Shown here: one piece after another, positions 51,400 to 63,970 of the stretch
Layout: every line of letters begins with the position of its first letter
Numbering within the stretch: the first letter of the stretch is position 1
Source: Isurus oxyrinchus
Taxonomy: Eukaryota
DNA length: 64,000 bases
Assembly: GCA_026770705.1 (NCBI GenBank)
Contig: JANJGN010000119.1
Coordinates: 930,001 to 994,000 of the forward strand
Reading direction: 5' to 3'
Notes under the pieces: model-generated
Seen by the model: the letters and a program-made list of their open reading frames with translations, nothing else
Told to the model about the DNA's origin: nothing
Database searches by the model: none
Made by a program: the position numbers and the translations under genes

Positions 51400-53300
51400 G
51401 GAAGGCATTGTGTACTTATTTTGAAGTAGTGGACGCCAGTTACAGTAATGGCTTAATTCAAAATACAAGTGTCTGCAACGTCAGGGATACTCGGTGACTG
51501 TCAATTAGAAATAGACTGACCAAAGCAACGAAAGAGCACTGCTGGTATAAACACGGTTAGCGAATAACTTTCAAATGAAAATGAATTTGACACCGTACTA
51601 TACAGGGTTAACTTTCCATTACTTTTTAATGTGTTAACTTTGGTTTCTGTAGTTGATTAGATATTGATGTTTGATTGTAGATGTTTGCTGATGAATCCCT
51701 GCCTGACATGATTCTAACAGTTACCAGCTACCCGACTCCTTTCTTAACTGTCATTTCCCTCCTTAATATAGTTAGGGAAAATGCCGTTATGGCATAGAAA
51801 CAAAAGCAGCTCATCGCCTGTTACCCAAATCTTACTGCCAGTCGGATTGGCAGACCCTGGCCGCCACGGGATCCTGCAATAACCTGGACTTTGACTTTCG
51901 GAGAGCCTCACCTTTGTGTGGAATGTTAAAGCCTGACGGGTAAAAGGTCACGTCACTACCGTGAACAAATGAAGCTCTTTCACTAATGAAGTTCAACTTC
52001 CATTGTACATGTAAGGTCTACAACAATATTCTTGAACACTGACGTGATGGGCCATAGTTTTATTAAGGATGCAATAATACGCAGGCGAGAAGTTGAAATT
52101 TCAATCAGTTAGCTGTTGTTAATGGGAGATCCAAACATAGCAGGGTTCTGAGGCCAGTATCTGAGCGGGAATAGACTGTGAAGAGTTGAGTCATTGTACA
52201 TTTGCTTCCGCATACTGGGCAATGCGCCCAATATGTATAGCATTAAAGCGAAGACAAAGCTACTACAAATAAAATGTTTTTAGTTTATTTTATTGATAAT
52301 TGCAATCTTGATAAATATCCATAAATGACCATTTAACCGCAAGTCGGCCCTTGTTTTTGTATCTATTATATTAAATAAAGTAGTGGATATTCAGCTGTTT
52401 CCTTAGCAGAAGCACATAATACTGTGTACGGCACATTTATCAAATGAGTTAAGCTCCCTTAAAATGGTGAAATAGTAAGCAGTGGATCGACCCAATTAAA
52501 TCCCTTATTATTTCCTTCTAGAGATGACCATTTTTTCAGGGTAGGTTGAGGCCTTTCGAAAACTGCTTTCCACAGACTGTTACTTCTCCGTTTAATGGGC
52601 AAGGATCAAGGTTAATATCACAGCAAAAGAAAGGGAAAAAAAAAAACACCTTAGCTTGAACGCACCCTAGGACATTCTGATCAAACTTTTGTTTTCAGTG
52701 CCTGTTATTGAGATTAAATTATTTAAAGTTAATAGTAAACCAGGTCTCCTCAAAATAATATATCGACCACGAGGTACATTATGTTTCCGTCCTCCATCCG
52801 CTCCTTTAATTCATTATTCCCTTCAGAGCCGGGTTAAGAAGTTCGTATAGTAGTTTTGACAATCCTTTGGAACCGTCCTTTTGTATATCTTAATCGGCTC
52901 TTCATGATCATAGTTTTTTTTTTTTCCGCACGTACACTGGTGTCACAAAATTATGTGCTACATTTTATTCGATAAGAAAAACACTCTCCTTTCTGGTTGG
53001 TTTGGAAAATATATGGAGGATGGTGGGGTTGGGGGGTGTTGCTGGGTTTGGGGGCGGTCTGGAGTTGAGTTCTATTTTTGGAATCTGCCCCTCCATTACC
53101 CCGATGTTTAGTGCATTGTTCAAGTTATCAAAGCTAATCTTCACATTAATCAGTAATACCAAGGAAATAAAAATCTACAAACAGAACTATAATTTAACTC
53201 CCTGAACTCCACTTCCCTGACGCTCAATAGTTTGGTTCCTGATGTAAGGCTGATTTAATTTCTCGAGTCACGCCCACCTGGTTTCTATTCAGCGGGACTG
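51400..53300 (-). mobile_element. Foamy-virus-like env copy F (leader peptide, SU, TM start)
   Basis: Collinear with PFV Env: KL*FCL*IFISLVLLI h-region; HEEPIKIYKR; VVDILF*GD; LDPCPLNG vs ADQCPLPG; SLW; INVPYTVLC vs INVSHVLFC; AAFVSM..FP vs RAFVGL..FP; KVMES..HFHLK vs SVMEG..LNHLK. Confidence 0.7.
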
Positions 53301-53499
53301 GGTAAACAGATGTGGTTAGATTCCGATAGCTCCGAGGTTAAGAACTAAACGCCAGACATAAAATATTCAATGCCAGGAGGATTTAGAATTGATGGTGAAT
53401 AAAACATTTATGCGGAGAACTGGGAGGTGGTTGAATTCGCAGAGAAATAAATTATTCCAAAAGAAAGAGGAAAAAAATGTTGGCAACTTAAAATAGGCA

Positions 53500-53790
53500 G
53501 GCGATTTTCATACCATGCGGTAAAAAATATTGGGGCTATTTACTTGCTTGGAAGGTAAAGGCTCACAAGATTTGGTTGGTTGGAATGATCTGTTACCTTG
53601 TTTTAAAATACCCGTACTTTCAAGGCCATTTGTGAGTTTAAGTGAAAACCTTCAAAAAAGGATATCTAACGTCACATTGATGAACTAATTTCATGCTGCC
53701 TCCATAATTATATACTGAGCAGGACACATGGCCCTCGACTATTAACTCTGGAAGCAGCGGAGTCCGATGGGGGACCAAGGTTTGTAGATT
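53500..53790 (-). mobile_element. Possible decayed integrase N-terminus upstream of env F
   Basis: LVPH..ELIVEGH..G and CEPLPSKQ vs IIPP..KIVLQAH and IGPLPPSQ; weak. Confidence 0.25.
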
Positions 53791-55539
53791 TCACACCAAT
53801 AATACAGGCAAGCTATAAAAAACGACGATTTCGACAAGCATTTCATTGCTCCTATTCTGAAATATTCTATCAATTAATATAACAGGGTATTATTCCTGTA
53901 GCCTGAAGTGTAAGGCAGTAAATGCTTCGACTCCATATCTGGATCTCATGCACCAGTATTCCTTTGAATATGGGGTGTAAATTTATTGCAATAAATTCAG
54001 GAAATGTTTTCTGATGCCTGTTCATTTTCACTGGCAACAAGCCACTTTGATCCAAATGGAAAGCTGGCCATTCTATACGGAATCAGGGGCTGTCATTTTG
54101 CACTAACCAGGGCAGGACGTTTGGGTTTGAATTATCATATTTTTAACCAATGACAAAATAAATATCCAAGGCGATTTCACAACATTAATAAGCTCTTCTC
54201 TGAACTTTCTTTGCGTCGCTGCATAAATGCACGTGCTTAAACAAAACTTCAACTGGGTGAGCATGTATCCGGCCTCAGTGGAAATATATGCAGGCTCTGT
54301 ACATTCTGGCTGGATACGTAGGATCAGGGCATCAGTCCACTGACTTACCACCGATATCAGACTCAACAATATAAAATTGGCCGACACGGGGAACAGAAAA
54401 ATAATGAATTTCCTTCCGTTCTCCGTTCTCTGGATCGCGCTGTTTCTCAGTACTGGGGGCCCGGACATTTCTCCGCGCCATATTGGTTACTACAATGCGC
54501 CTGACCATTAAACAATTAAAGAGCAATATCAATGCGAAAGGAACCAATGAAAATAGAAAACTTTTTATCTTGAAGTAGAGTCCGCCTGCAGGCGATCTGA
54601 AAAAATGAAATACGGGGGATGAAACCCCATTGAATATTGTTAATCATTAGTTTATGTTCAAATGCAAACCAAAATGGGATGCTTTCTAAACACATTATCA
54701 CAGAAACAATTATTATGACGATGGACGCAGTTCTCACTTTGCAATACCTGGTTTTCAGTTTCTGACAACATATAGCTTCAAACCGATCAAATGTGAAGCA
54801 AACTGGACACAGGGGCATTGGTTGAAGTCAGATAGAGGTTAAGCTTGCAAATGAGAGTGTAGGAGAGGAATGAATATGGAAAGCATTCCCAGGAAATGTG
54901 ATGTGCAATTCTATAGACGAGCATGGCCAGTAGATCCACTGCTGCCATGGCCACTATATATAGAGAGATACTTTTGGAAAGGTGGCAATTTCCTCTGGAG
55001 AGGGTCACTATTGTCAAAAGATCACTGTAACAAAGAAGGAGAAGAGTTAACTAACGGGAGCACTCAGAATCATCTGGTCTCAAATAGTGGGGCAATGAAC
55101 AGATCTGTTCCCAGTTGGAATTGGGAGCATGATTTCATTTTCGAATGTTCGAACAGCGTTGATAACATTTCTTTCAAATCAATTAAATAATTGAACACTG
55201 AATGCCCTTCAAACACATTTAATTTAGAAGGTAACAGGCTCGTTCGGATTCAGGAAGGAGAGGGTGAAAAAGAACGACACACACCATCGAGACCCAGGCG
55301 CTGATAACACATGGCATGGATAGGTGGGGCTGGGATCGGGGAGCACAGCGCGGGGAGGGGGATGGTTGACTGTGGGGTGGTGGTGGAGGGTTACCGACTT
55401 GGTGCTATTTTGTAAAATATGAGTGAATCATCTGTCCTGGTTCTACAATGAATTGACTTCCACAATTAACATCATTAAAAGGCAAAAATAATGTCGACAA
55501 ATGTTCCATACCTTTGCGATTCAGTAAAGATGGGGGACG

Positions 55540-56510
55540 AAGCAGCAACAACGCAACTCATATTTATACAGCGCCTTCAAAGAAGTGTCATGAAAGCAAA
55601 CTAGACAAGGAACACGTGGGGAGCATTTAGGACGGTGACAAAAAGCTTGGTCAAAGATTGAAGCTTTAAGGAGTTTCTTGAAATGTGGGAGAGATTTAGA
55701 GAGGTGGGGAAGTTTGTGGCAGGAAATTCAGAGAGCAGGACCTAAGCACCAAAGATAAAGGTACGAATGATGGAATACTTACAACTGGGGATTTCCAAGA
55801 TACCAGATTTAGAAGATCACAAATATTGGCGCGATCTGTAGCGCTGGAGATTTCAGGATTACAATGGGTGGGGCCATGGGTAATGGGGTGTTAGGAGTGG
55901 GGGCAGAGAGGGGGGAGGAGGGAACGTTGGGGTTTGCAAACGAGGATGAGGATTTTAAAATCGAGGCATTCCTTAACTGGGTGATGATGCACGTCTGCGA
56001 GCACAGGCATGATATGTGAACACGACTTGCTCTGGTAAACGATTTGGGAAGCAGAGACTTGGGTGACAAGTTTCTGGGAGGCAGAATGTAGGAGGCCGGG
56101 CAGGTGTGCAATCGAATAGAAAAACTTGCAGGTAACAAAGGCTGGAATGAGGATTTCAAAAGCAGACCAGCTGAGACGAGGCCAAGTCGGGCAATGTTGC
56201 AGAGATGGGTAAACACTGTTCACGAGATGGTTTGGATGAGCGGTCAGCAGATCATCTCTGGCTCGAATCTGAGATCCAGTTTGCAAAAAGCCTTGTTTAG
56301 CCCCAGAAAAAATTCTCAACAGGGGAAATGAGTTAAAGTTAGGAAATTGAGTTTTGAAGGGGCCAGAGACAATCGCTTCTGGCTTCCCGATATTTCCTGT
56401 GAGGAAATTTATGACGATTCCGTACTGGATTTGGGATAAGCAGCCTGATGATGCAGTTAAGTTGGAGCAATCGAGAGACGTGATTGCGAGGCAGCGCTGG
56501 GTATCATCAG
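55540..56510 (-). mobile_element. L2 LINE 3' portion in GPCR2 intron
   Basis: ORFs HLCNIARL..EILIPAFVTCKFFYS..PVLADVHHHPVKECLDFKILILV. Confidence 0.85.
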
Positions 56511-56514
56511 CCGA

Positions 56515-56850
56515 TATTTTGTATTCATTCTTAGGATGTGGGCCTCACTGGCTAGACCAGCATTTGTTGCTCGTCCCTTTTTGTCATTGCAAAGATGATG
56601 GTGAGCCACCTTCTTGTACCGCTGCAGTGCATCTGGTGCAGGTACAGACACAGTGCTGTTAGGGAGGGTCAATTTTGACCATGGGGCAGTGAAGGAATGG
56701 CGATACACCTCAAGTACAGAATGATCTGTGTCTTGGAGTGGAACGTCTAGGTAATGTTGTTCCCAGGAGTCTGTTGCCCTTGTCCTGGTAGATGGTTGTG
56801 CATTTCGGAGATGCTGCCAAAGGAGACTTGCTGAACACCTGATTGAATCC
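56515..56850 (-). mobile_element. CR1-type LINE 3' tail
   Basis: ttcattcttaggatgtgggcctcactggctagaccagcattt..ggtgagccaccttcttg. Confidence 0.8.
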
Positions 56851-57039
56851 CTGCTTATCTAAATCCAATTGCTTCGTTTTAGGATGATGTCGACGAGGGG
56901 CAACATGTTGATGGGTAATAGGAAGCGGGCAGCATAGATCCTTGGGGTAGTTTCAGTATCAGAGTTTACGGCACAGGAGAGGAAAGAGAAGCCCTTGCAA
57001 CCGATACTCTGGCTATGATTAAATAAAAAAGAATAGCCT

Positions 57040-57710
57040 GGAATCACCGAAGTTTAATGGTGCCGAAGAGCACCATTCGGCCCATCGTTTCTGCACCAGT
57101 TTTCCTAATGATCATCCCACCTATTAACATTACCTGCACCCCACCTCCCCCGCCCCTTTCCCACACCCCTCTCCCCCGAACTCCGCCCACCACCCCACCG
57201 CACCCCCCCCTAACCGTTCTTCCCGTAACCCTGCACATTCTTCCTTTTCAGATACCAGTCTAATACATTTTGAGTGATTCAATTGAATCGGCTTTCACCA
57301 CAGTCTATGACAGTGCACTCCAAACCCGAACACTCGCTGCATTATAATGTTCCTCCTCACATCACATTTACTTCTTTTAGTAATTATTTCAAACATGTTC
57401 ACTCTCTTTCTACAATCATTCACGAGTGGAACAACTTATCCATATCTACTCTGTCCAGCCACGTCATGATTTAGAATACCTGCATCAAATCTGCTCTCAC
57501 CCTTCTTTTCTCTAGGAAAACAGCCCTAACTTCTCCAATCTATCTTCATAGCCAAATTTCCTCATCCCTGGAACCATTGTCGACAATCTATTCTGTCCCC
57601 CTCGAATGTTTTCTCATCCTCCCTGAAGCGTAGCGCCCAGAACTGGGCACAGTACTCCAGTTGAGGCTGAACAAAGGCCTTGTACAAATGCAACATTAAT
57701 TCCTTGCTAC
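57040..57710 (-). mobile_element. CR1 LINE 3' end
   Basis: caccattcggcccatcg tail; gcccagaactgggcacagtactccag. Confidence 0.75.
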
Positions 57711-57749
57711 TCTATTGATGAAGCCGACCACACCAGACAGAACTGACAA

Positions 57750-58605
57750 AATGTTCTGTTCCATTCAATATTCGTGATCAAATAGTCGCTTAGTAGTTCA
57801 GAACTTGAATAGTGTTGAAAAATACATTTTGTCGAAGATTTCCTTCTTGCATTCATGTGGACAATTGCATGAATAACAATATCAAGGTAATCTTTAGCAA
57901 ACGCTGTCAAATCGCAGCATCACATCTATTGTTGGACACTGTGCTTTGAGTTCTGCAAGCACGGGCTGTTATGGTACAGTCTGTACCTTTCCGGTTCTGA
58001 CCCCAGAAGTAACGTGCTAGTAGATCTCCCATCAAATAGGATGCCCCTTCTCCTGTTCACAACGGGCAAGGTATAGAACGTACCCAACCAGCCCGAGTTT
58101 GGAAAACTCAACATACACAGTGTCCAAATTAGATGTGATTCTGCGATTGGACAGCATTTGCTAAATATTCCTCAGGTAGAAAAATTATGCTGACAAAAGA
58201 TTTAAGGCTGTGAGTTGGGCTGGCAGTGTGGCGCCTCTGTGCAAATAGTTACATATATCAATACCAAGAGCAGTGTTATTGCCAGCCATTACAAAAACCA
58301 TGTACACACTTTGCGCTTGCTTCAACAAAACAAAAGAAGTGATAACCATGTGTCTCTTCTTTCCATGGGGCAATGCCTTGACGAATGAGAGCCAACTTGC
58401 GTGGTTTAAGATTTTAAACAGTTCAGTCAGCGTCGAATGGTGCTTTCTACCTGGAAACACCTCGACGATTCAGAGTCCACTTGCCAGCCAATTAGCGCTC
58501 TCTTGCCATACAGAAACAAATTGTTGCTTCCATGACTTTGGTCATCTTGCGATTGTCATTATGAGTGCAAGACAAACGTATTGACAAAATATCTTTTTTC
58601 AGCAT
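57750..58605 (+). mobile_element. Penelope element GIY-YIG/3' region
   Basis: IRCDSAIGQHLLN..YADKRFK motif at about 58130-58210. Confidence 0.75.
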
Positions 58606-58619
58606 TAGTCACTTGATCA

Positions 58620-59210
58620 ACACACACACCCAAGCCCTTCTATTCCTCCGCACACTTTAGATTTGTGCACTTTATTTTGTAATGTCCGTCCATTTTCTTC
58701 CTATCGAAATGAATCAGTTCACTTTACTCTGCATTGAACTTAAAGTGCCACCTGTCTGGCCATTCCACCAACGTCCTACGCCCCTTGGACGTTCTACACC
58801 ATCTTGATCACATTTCACAATGCCTCAAGGTTTTATATATGTGCAATGTTTTTAATTTTGCCCTATACACAAGGGTCTAGGTCATTCATACATACCAGGG
58901 AAACCAAGCGCCCTAATACTGACCCTGGGAAACGCCAGTACAGCATTCAACTAGCCCTAAAAAGAAAAACATTCACCTAAGTGTCTGACTTCTTTCACTC
59001 AGCAAGTTCCGTAACATGTTGTTACTGTTCCTTTTATTGCATGATCTGCAAACATTCTCACAAGTCTGTTATGAGGCATTGTATCAAATGGCTTTCGGAA
59101 GCCCATGAACACAATACCAACATTAGTACCCTTATCAACCGTCTCTGTTACCTCTTTAAAAATAAACAACTCCAGCAAGTTAGTTGAAAAGGTTTTCTAT
59201 TAAGGGATCC
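58620..59210 (-). mobile_element. CR1 RT fragment
   Basis: Reverse RT motifs (ctaatactgaccctgggaaacgccag; tcaaatggctttcggaagccc). Confidence 0.7.
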
Positions 59211-59979
59211 ATCCGTGCCAATTGAACCAAGAGAGTGCAGTCAGAGAAGTATTCAGGGATCACCAGACCAACAAAATGATGGAAAGCTCACCTCCAACCA
59301 CTTCAACCATCATCGATCAGCAAAAAATGCCGAACTTACCAGAGACGCCCAGATCCCAGGAATCAATAAATAAAGACAATTGATTTTATGATCTGGAGTG
59401 GCGCAAATCAGCCTCGCCATTTCTTATCATAGAGAGTAAACCGATTGTCCCAATCTACCGAGCAGCAAGACAATTCACCGGCGGGGTGGACTCCTAATGT
59501 CTGCGTATATTCACCAAGTTATCCCGCTAGATAAATGACAATGCAAGGATGAGATTCTCATTATGTTACATAATCAGTAACAGTGAGATATTCAACAACT
59601 ATGAGACAGCAGGAAATACTGACTTACCAGGAATACCGATGGCTACGAGCATGGGATAGTAAATATCCTTGATCTGTAGAATTAATGGCCGTCCCATTCT
59701 TTAGAAGAATATTCGCTTCCTGCTTTGTTTTGCAGTTCCCATTCGAATGGATCTGAGATCCTGAAGTGATGTCCTTTAGGGTACAATCCGTGCCCAGCTA
59801 GGGAAAGCAGCTTGCAAAACATTTGGCGTTAGTTCCAGTCACTTGAAAAAACAAACAGCGCTTCCGCTTCAGCGTACAGAAAGGCAATGGCAAAACTGAG
59901 CAGGTCATTCTACGAAATACCTGCCATTGAAATTTATCAACAGAATGAAATCCTAGAGAAAATGTGCCTCAATATACAC

Positions 59980-61400
59980 TTGATAATGTTGTGAATCAAT
60001 ACGTCAACGACCCATCAACGGTTCTGGACCTAGTTTAGATCCAATTTTAGATCCAGTAGTGCGCAATGAGGAAGGTTTAATTAATAATCGTATAGAAATC
60101 ATTTCTATGGGAGACTGAAAATAGTATGGTAGCATTTTAGATTTTGATTTTGTAAGTCATTTGGTTTCCGCTGAATCTGGGGTGACGACTCAAAATATCA
60201 AACAAATAGCTTCGAAATGCGAGCTGCCAAATGTAGATTGAGTCAGCTCTTTTAAAGATATGATGGTGGACAAACGACAGTTATCATTAAAATAATTACT
60301 GCACAATTTTTAACACGTCCACATCCCTTTAAGGTACATCGGCCCTGCGGCAAAAGAAGAATTGGGCTATCATGACCAACAGGAGCGGTTCACCATACCA
60401 TGGTAATAAACTCCTGGAAGGGAAAGCTTTTAGTGTTCAGCAAAAGAGGACCTACGATTTACAAGAATGCAGTAAAAAGAATATGAAAATACACCAACTG
60501 CTATCTTTAAAACAGTTTGTAAACGTTCTCTAAATTATGCAGATGAAAAAAAAATCAATCGTGACATTGAACATTGAACCAGTAGACACAGGAAAAGGTG
60601 AATTTATAATGTGGAATGGGGAAATGGCTCAAAAACCAAGCAGAATCAACGTGAGACCAAAATCAAGTGAATGTAAGGAACTTGTGTAAATCCGTAGCAG
60701 CAAGTAAACTGTAGTGGAGACATTTATGGGACGTAATGGGAAGCAACCTTCTGGACCTTCCCCTTTGCAGCCTAGTGTATTACAGAAGTGGGAGCTGCAA
60801 AGATGGCGGATGAATTGGATTCGATCTTTCAGAATTACTTAGAATCCAGAACGTTTCCGAAGGACTGGAAGGTAACAAACCCCGATATTTAGGCAGGGTG
60901 GAAGAAAGAAAACGGAGAATTATTAGCTTCACATCACTGCCAGAGAAAATGTTTTTTTTTCTGTTCGGGATGTGCTAATAGAATAGTTGGAAATTCATAA
61001 TGTTATTCAATAATCTCAATACAGATTCGTAAAGGGGAAATTGAGTATGGCAATCTTATCAGCATTTTTGAGGATGCAATTATGTGGGGATTAAAGGGAG
61101 CACAATTGAAGGTACTAACTTTGGATTTTCAGAAAGCATTCGATAAAATATCTTTAAAGCCCCTTACGCAAATTTCGGGACTATGGTATTTGGGGTAATA
61201 TATTAGTATGGAAAATGAATTGGTCAATGGGTCGACAACAGAGAGTAGAAAGAAAGGCGACATGTTCACCTTAGCAGGCTGTAATTAGTGAGGTGCCCGA
61301 TGACTGAATAATTGGTTCTCAGCTATGTGCATTCGGTATTAATGATTGCGATAATGGAGCTGAGTTCGAACTGTAGATTAAGGTTGTTTCCCATAGCAAG
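59980..61400 (+). mobile_element. Decayed CR1 ORF2 fragment
   Basis: PKDWKVTN..GGRKKTENY; LDFQKAFDKI..W..GRQQRV. Confidence 0.8.
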
Positions 61401-61429
61401 GGTCAATGTGGGACTGGCCGCAGTGTGAT

Positions 61430-62910
61430 GTAGAGTCACATGACAGTAGACCAGGGACAGACAGGTTCGGATATCGGACGGACATGAACGAGAGGCACGT
61501 CTAGAAAACAGCATGGAGATACCACTTATTCTGGGTGTACTGGTGCTTTTGTATAGAGCTATGTGTTACCATTAAACAGTGACTGTTCAATAGTCTGAAC
61601 CTTGTAATTTCTGCTCCTATGTATTATGGTTTTATGGTTTTCGTAAGACCAATGGACAGAACCCTTACAACTTAGGAGCAACTCATGGCCAAACCCAAAA
61701 CTCAAGGAAAGCTGGGAAAAGACCCCGAAATCTGAAAGACTAAAGCAACCAGACTCTGACCTGAGGAAGTCACTAAAACTGAAGGGAATAGATGGAGATT
61801 GCCTAAGAAGAAACTCCACTGCAGAACTGGAGGCATACGGGCGGAGGAGAAATCCACTGTGTAGCTGAAGGACTGCAGCAGGGCCCGTCGCGGGCATTGG
61901 GAAACCCCATCCATTGCAGTGCCAAAGAATCCAGTAAGATAGCAAGGGTGAGCAAACTAAAGAATATAAAACACCAGGACAAAGGCTGAACTAATATTTC
62001 AAAGTATTCAGTATTAATCAGGCAGAACAGTCCATTTCTTTAATCACCGCGCCGAATCGGAATGCAGATTCGGCGGCCGGGGAAAAGAAAAACTTTTAAC
62101 GCCTGAGTGAAAGCCGGAAACAACATTTGATCAGTTGAACACTCTCGGAAATAGTCTGGAGGGCACCAATAGTTGCTGCAAAGAAAGTAGATCACTTTAA
62201 GAGCGGGTCCGCGATCGCTGCTGGCTCCCGCCAAAACCAGAAAAGCGCGGGAAACTGTGAAATAAACGGTTGCTGCAGAGCCATCTTTAAAAGTGCAAAA
62301 ACAATTACATCTGTTCTTCCCTCTGCTGGAAAAAAAAGTCATGGATAATACATCAGAGCGACCAGATCGATATTTATGACCCACTGGGCAGATCAGGCGC
62401 AGTATTGGTGGCTTTGGCGGACATTTTGTTAAGATACACGATAGCTTTAGGGTTACACAATGTGATAGAGGCTGAAAAAGTGAAAGCACTATTGCAATAA
62501 AAGCTCCGATAATCGATGACCTCGTCGTGAGTCAAGGAACAAATGAATCTTCAGGTAAGGTTTAAAATGTTCTGAAATTTTCGATACCTACCTCAATTTA
62601 GGAAGTATGTTTTTGCGCGAGGAAAGTTCAAAAAGAAATCCGACAACCATGAGAGCCCGTTGGCCTCCTGGACGGGTGGTGTCCGTTAATGACCCGCAAT
62701 TCACCAGTGAAGACTTCACTCAATTCGTCATCCATTACGGATTTCGACAACTTAACTGCTCCCCAATGTTTCCACAATCTAACGTGAGGCAGAAAGAGGC
62801 AGCCCACCTTTGAAACCCTTTCTGAGTTATAGAAAGAAACTCCCCAAAGACGCTTTGAGCATAGAGGTCCAAGCTGCCACAGTGAACCAAGCATGAGCTG
62901 AGCAATGTCT
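61430..62910 (+). mobile_element. Internally deleted Ty3/Gypsy element (LTR/leader, gag, integrase core)
   Basis: gag W.LWR..IDDLVVSQGTNE..DTYLNL at 62340-62640 joined to integrase PGRVVSVNDPQFTSEDFTQF..YGF..SPMFPQSN. Confidence 0.7.
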
Positions 62911-62914
62911 CGTA

Positions 62915-63970
62915 TAGAAACAAAGAAACATAGAAACTAGGAGCAGGAGTAGGCTATTCGTCATTTCGAGCCTGCTCCGCCCTACACTATGATCATGGCT
63001 AATCATCTAACTCTATAACCTGTTCATGCTTTCTCCCCATATCCTTTGATCCCTTTCACCAGAGAGCTATGCCTAAATCCTTCTTGAAATCCTGAAATGT
63101 TTTCGCCTCAAGTAATTTCTGTGTAGCGAATTCCAAGAGCCCAGCCCTCTCTGGATGAAACAAATGACTCTTCATCTGAGTCCTAAGTGGTCTATCCCGT
63201 ATCCTCAGACTTGGACCCCTGCTTCTGGACTGCGGCCCAATCGGGAACGTCCTTCCAGCATCTAAGCTGCCTAGTCCTGTTAGAATTTTACAGTTTTCTC
63301 TAAGATCCCCATCATTATTCTGAACTCCAGCGAATATATTCCTAACAGTCTCAATTTCACCTCATATGTCCATTCCGCCATCCCAGGAATCAGCCTGGTA
63401 TATCTTCACTGCACTCCCTCTGTAGGAAGAATAACGCTCCTCAGATAAGTAGGCCAAAACTGCACACACTATTCCAGGTATGGTCTCACCAAGGCCCTGT
63501 ATAATGGTAGCAAGACATCCTTGCTCCTGTCCTCGAATCCTCTTGTTATGATGGTCAACATACAATTTGCTTTCTTTACCGCCTGCTGCACCTGCATGCT
63601 TACCTTCAGCGATTGGTGCACGAGGACACTAATTGTACGTTCCCCTTACTCAATTTATAGCCACTCAGACAATAATATGCCTTCCTGTTTTTGCTACCAA
63701 AGTGGATAGCCTCATATTAATCCATATTACACTACATTGGTCATGCATCTTCCCATTTACTCAGCTTGTCCAAATCACACTGAAGCATTGCTGCATCCCA
63801 CTCACATCACACCCTCCTGCCCAGCTTTCTGTCATTGCAAATTTGGAGACATTTCATTTAGTTCCCTCATCTAAATCATTAATATATATTGTCAGAAGCT
63901 GGGGTCCCAGCGCCGATACCTGCGGTACCCCACTAGTCACTGACTGCCATTCAGAAAAAGACCAGTTTAT
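62915..63970 (-). mobile_element. CR1 LINE 3' portion
   Basis: atagaaacaaagaaacatagaaactaggagcaggagtaggc tail; RT C-terminal motifs through ggggtcccagc. Confidence 0.9.

Larger units (their letters stand above)
54103..59697 (-). pseudogene. GPR139-like class A GPCR pseudogene 2 (exon 1 59628-59697, exon 2 54103-55024)
   Basis: Exon 1 MGRPLILQIKDIYYPMLVAIGIP|gtaagt; acceptor ttacag; LTIVTLSRGNCHLSK..AMAAVDLL..FTFDRFEAICCQKLKTRYC..DPE..CIYAATQRKFREEL; several frameshifts. Confidence 0.9.

Noticed and set aside
52670-52915. Possible C/D-box snoRNA (tgatca/ctga motifs)
   Set aside because: Boxes are non-canonical and the region is better explained as env SU coding relic
51400-53300. Trp-to-stop changes as an APOBEC hypermutation signature
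   Set aside because: Similar stops occur in the GPCR pseudogenes and LINEs; cannot be separated from neutral decay without a consensus
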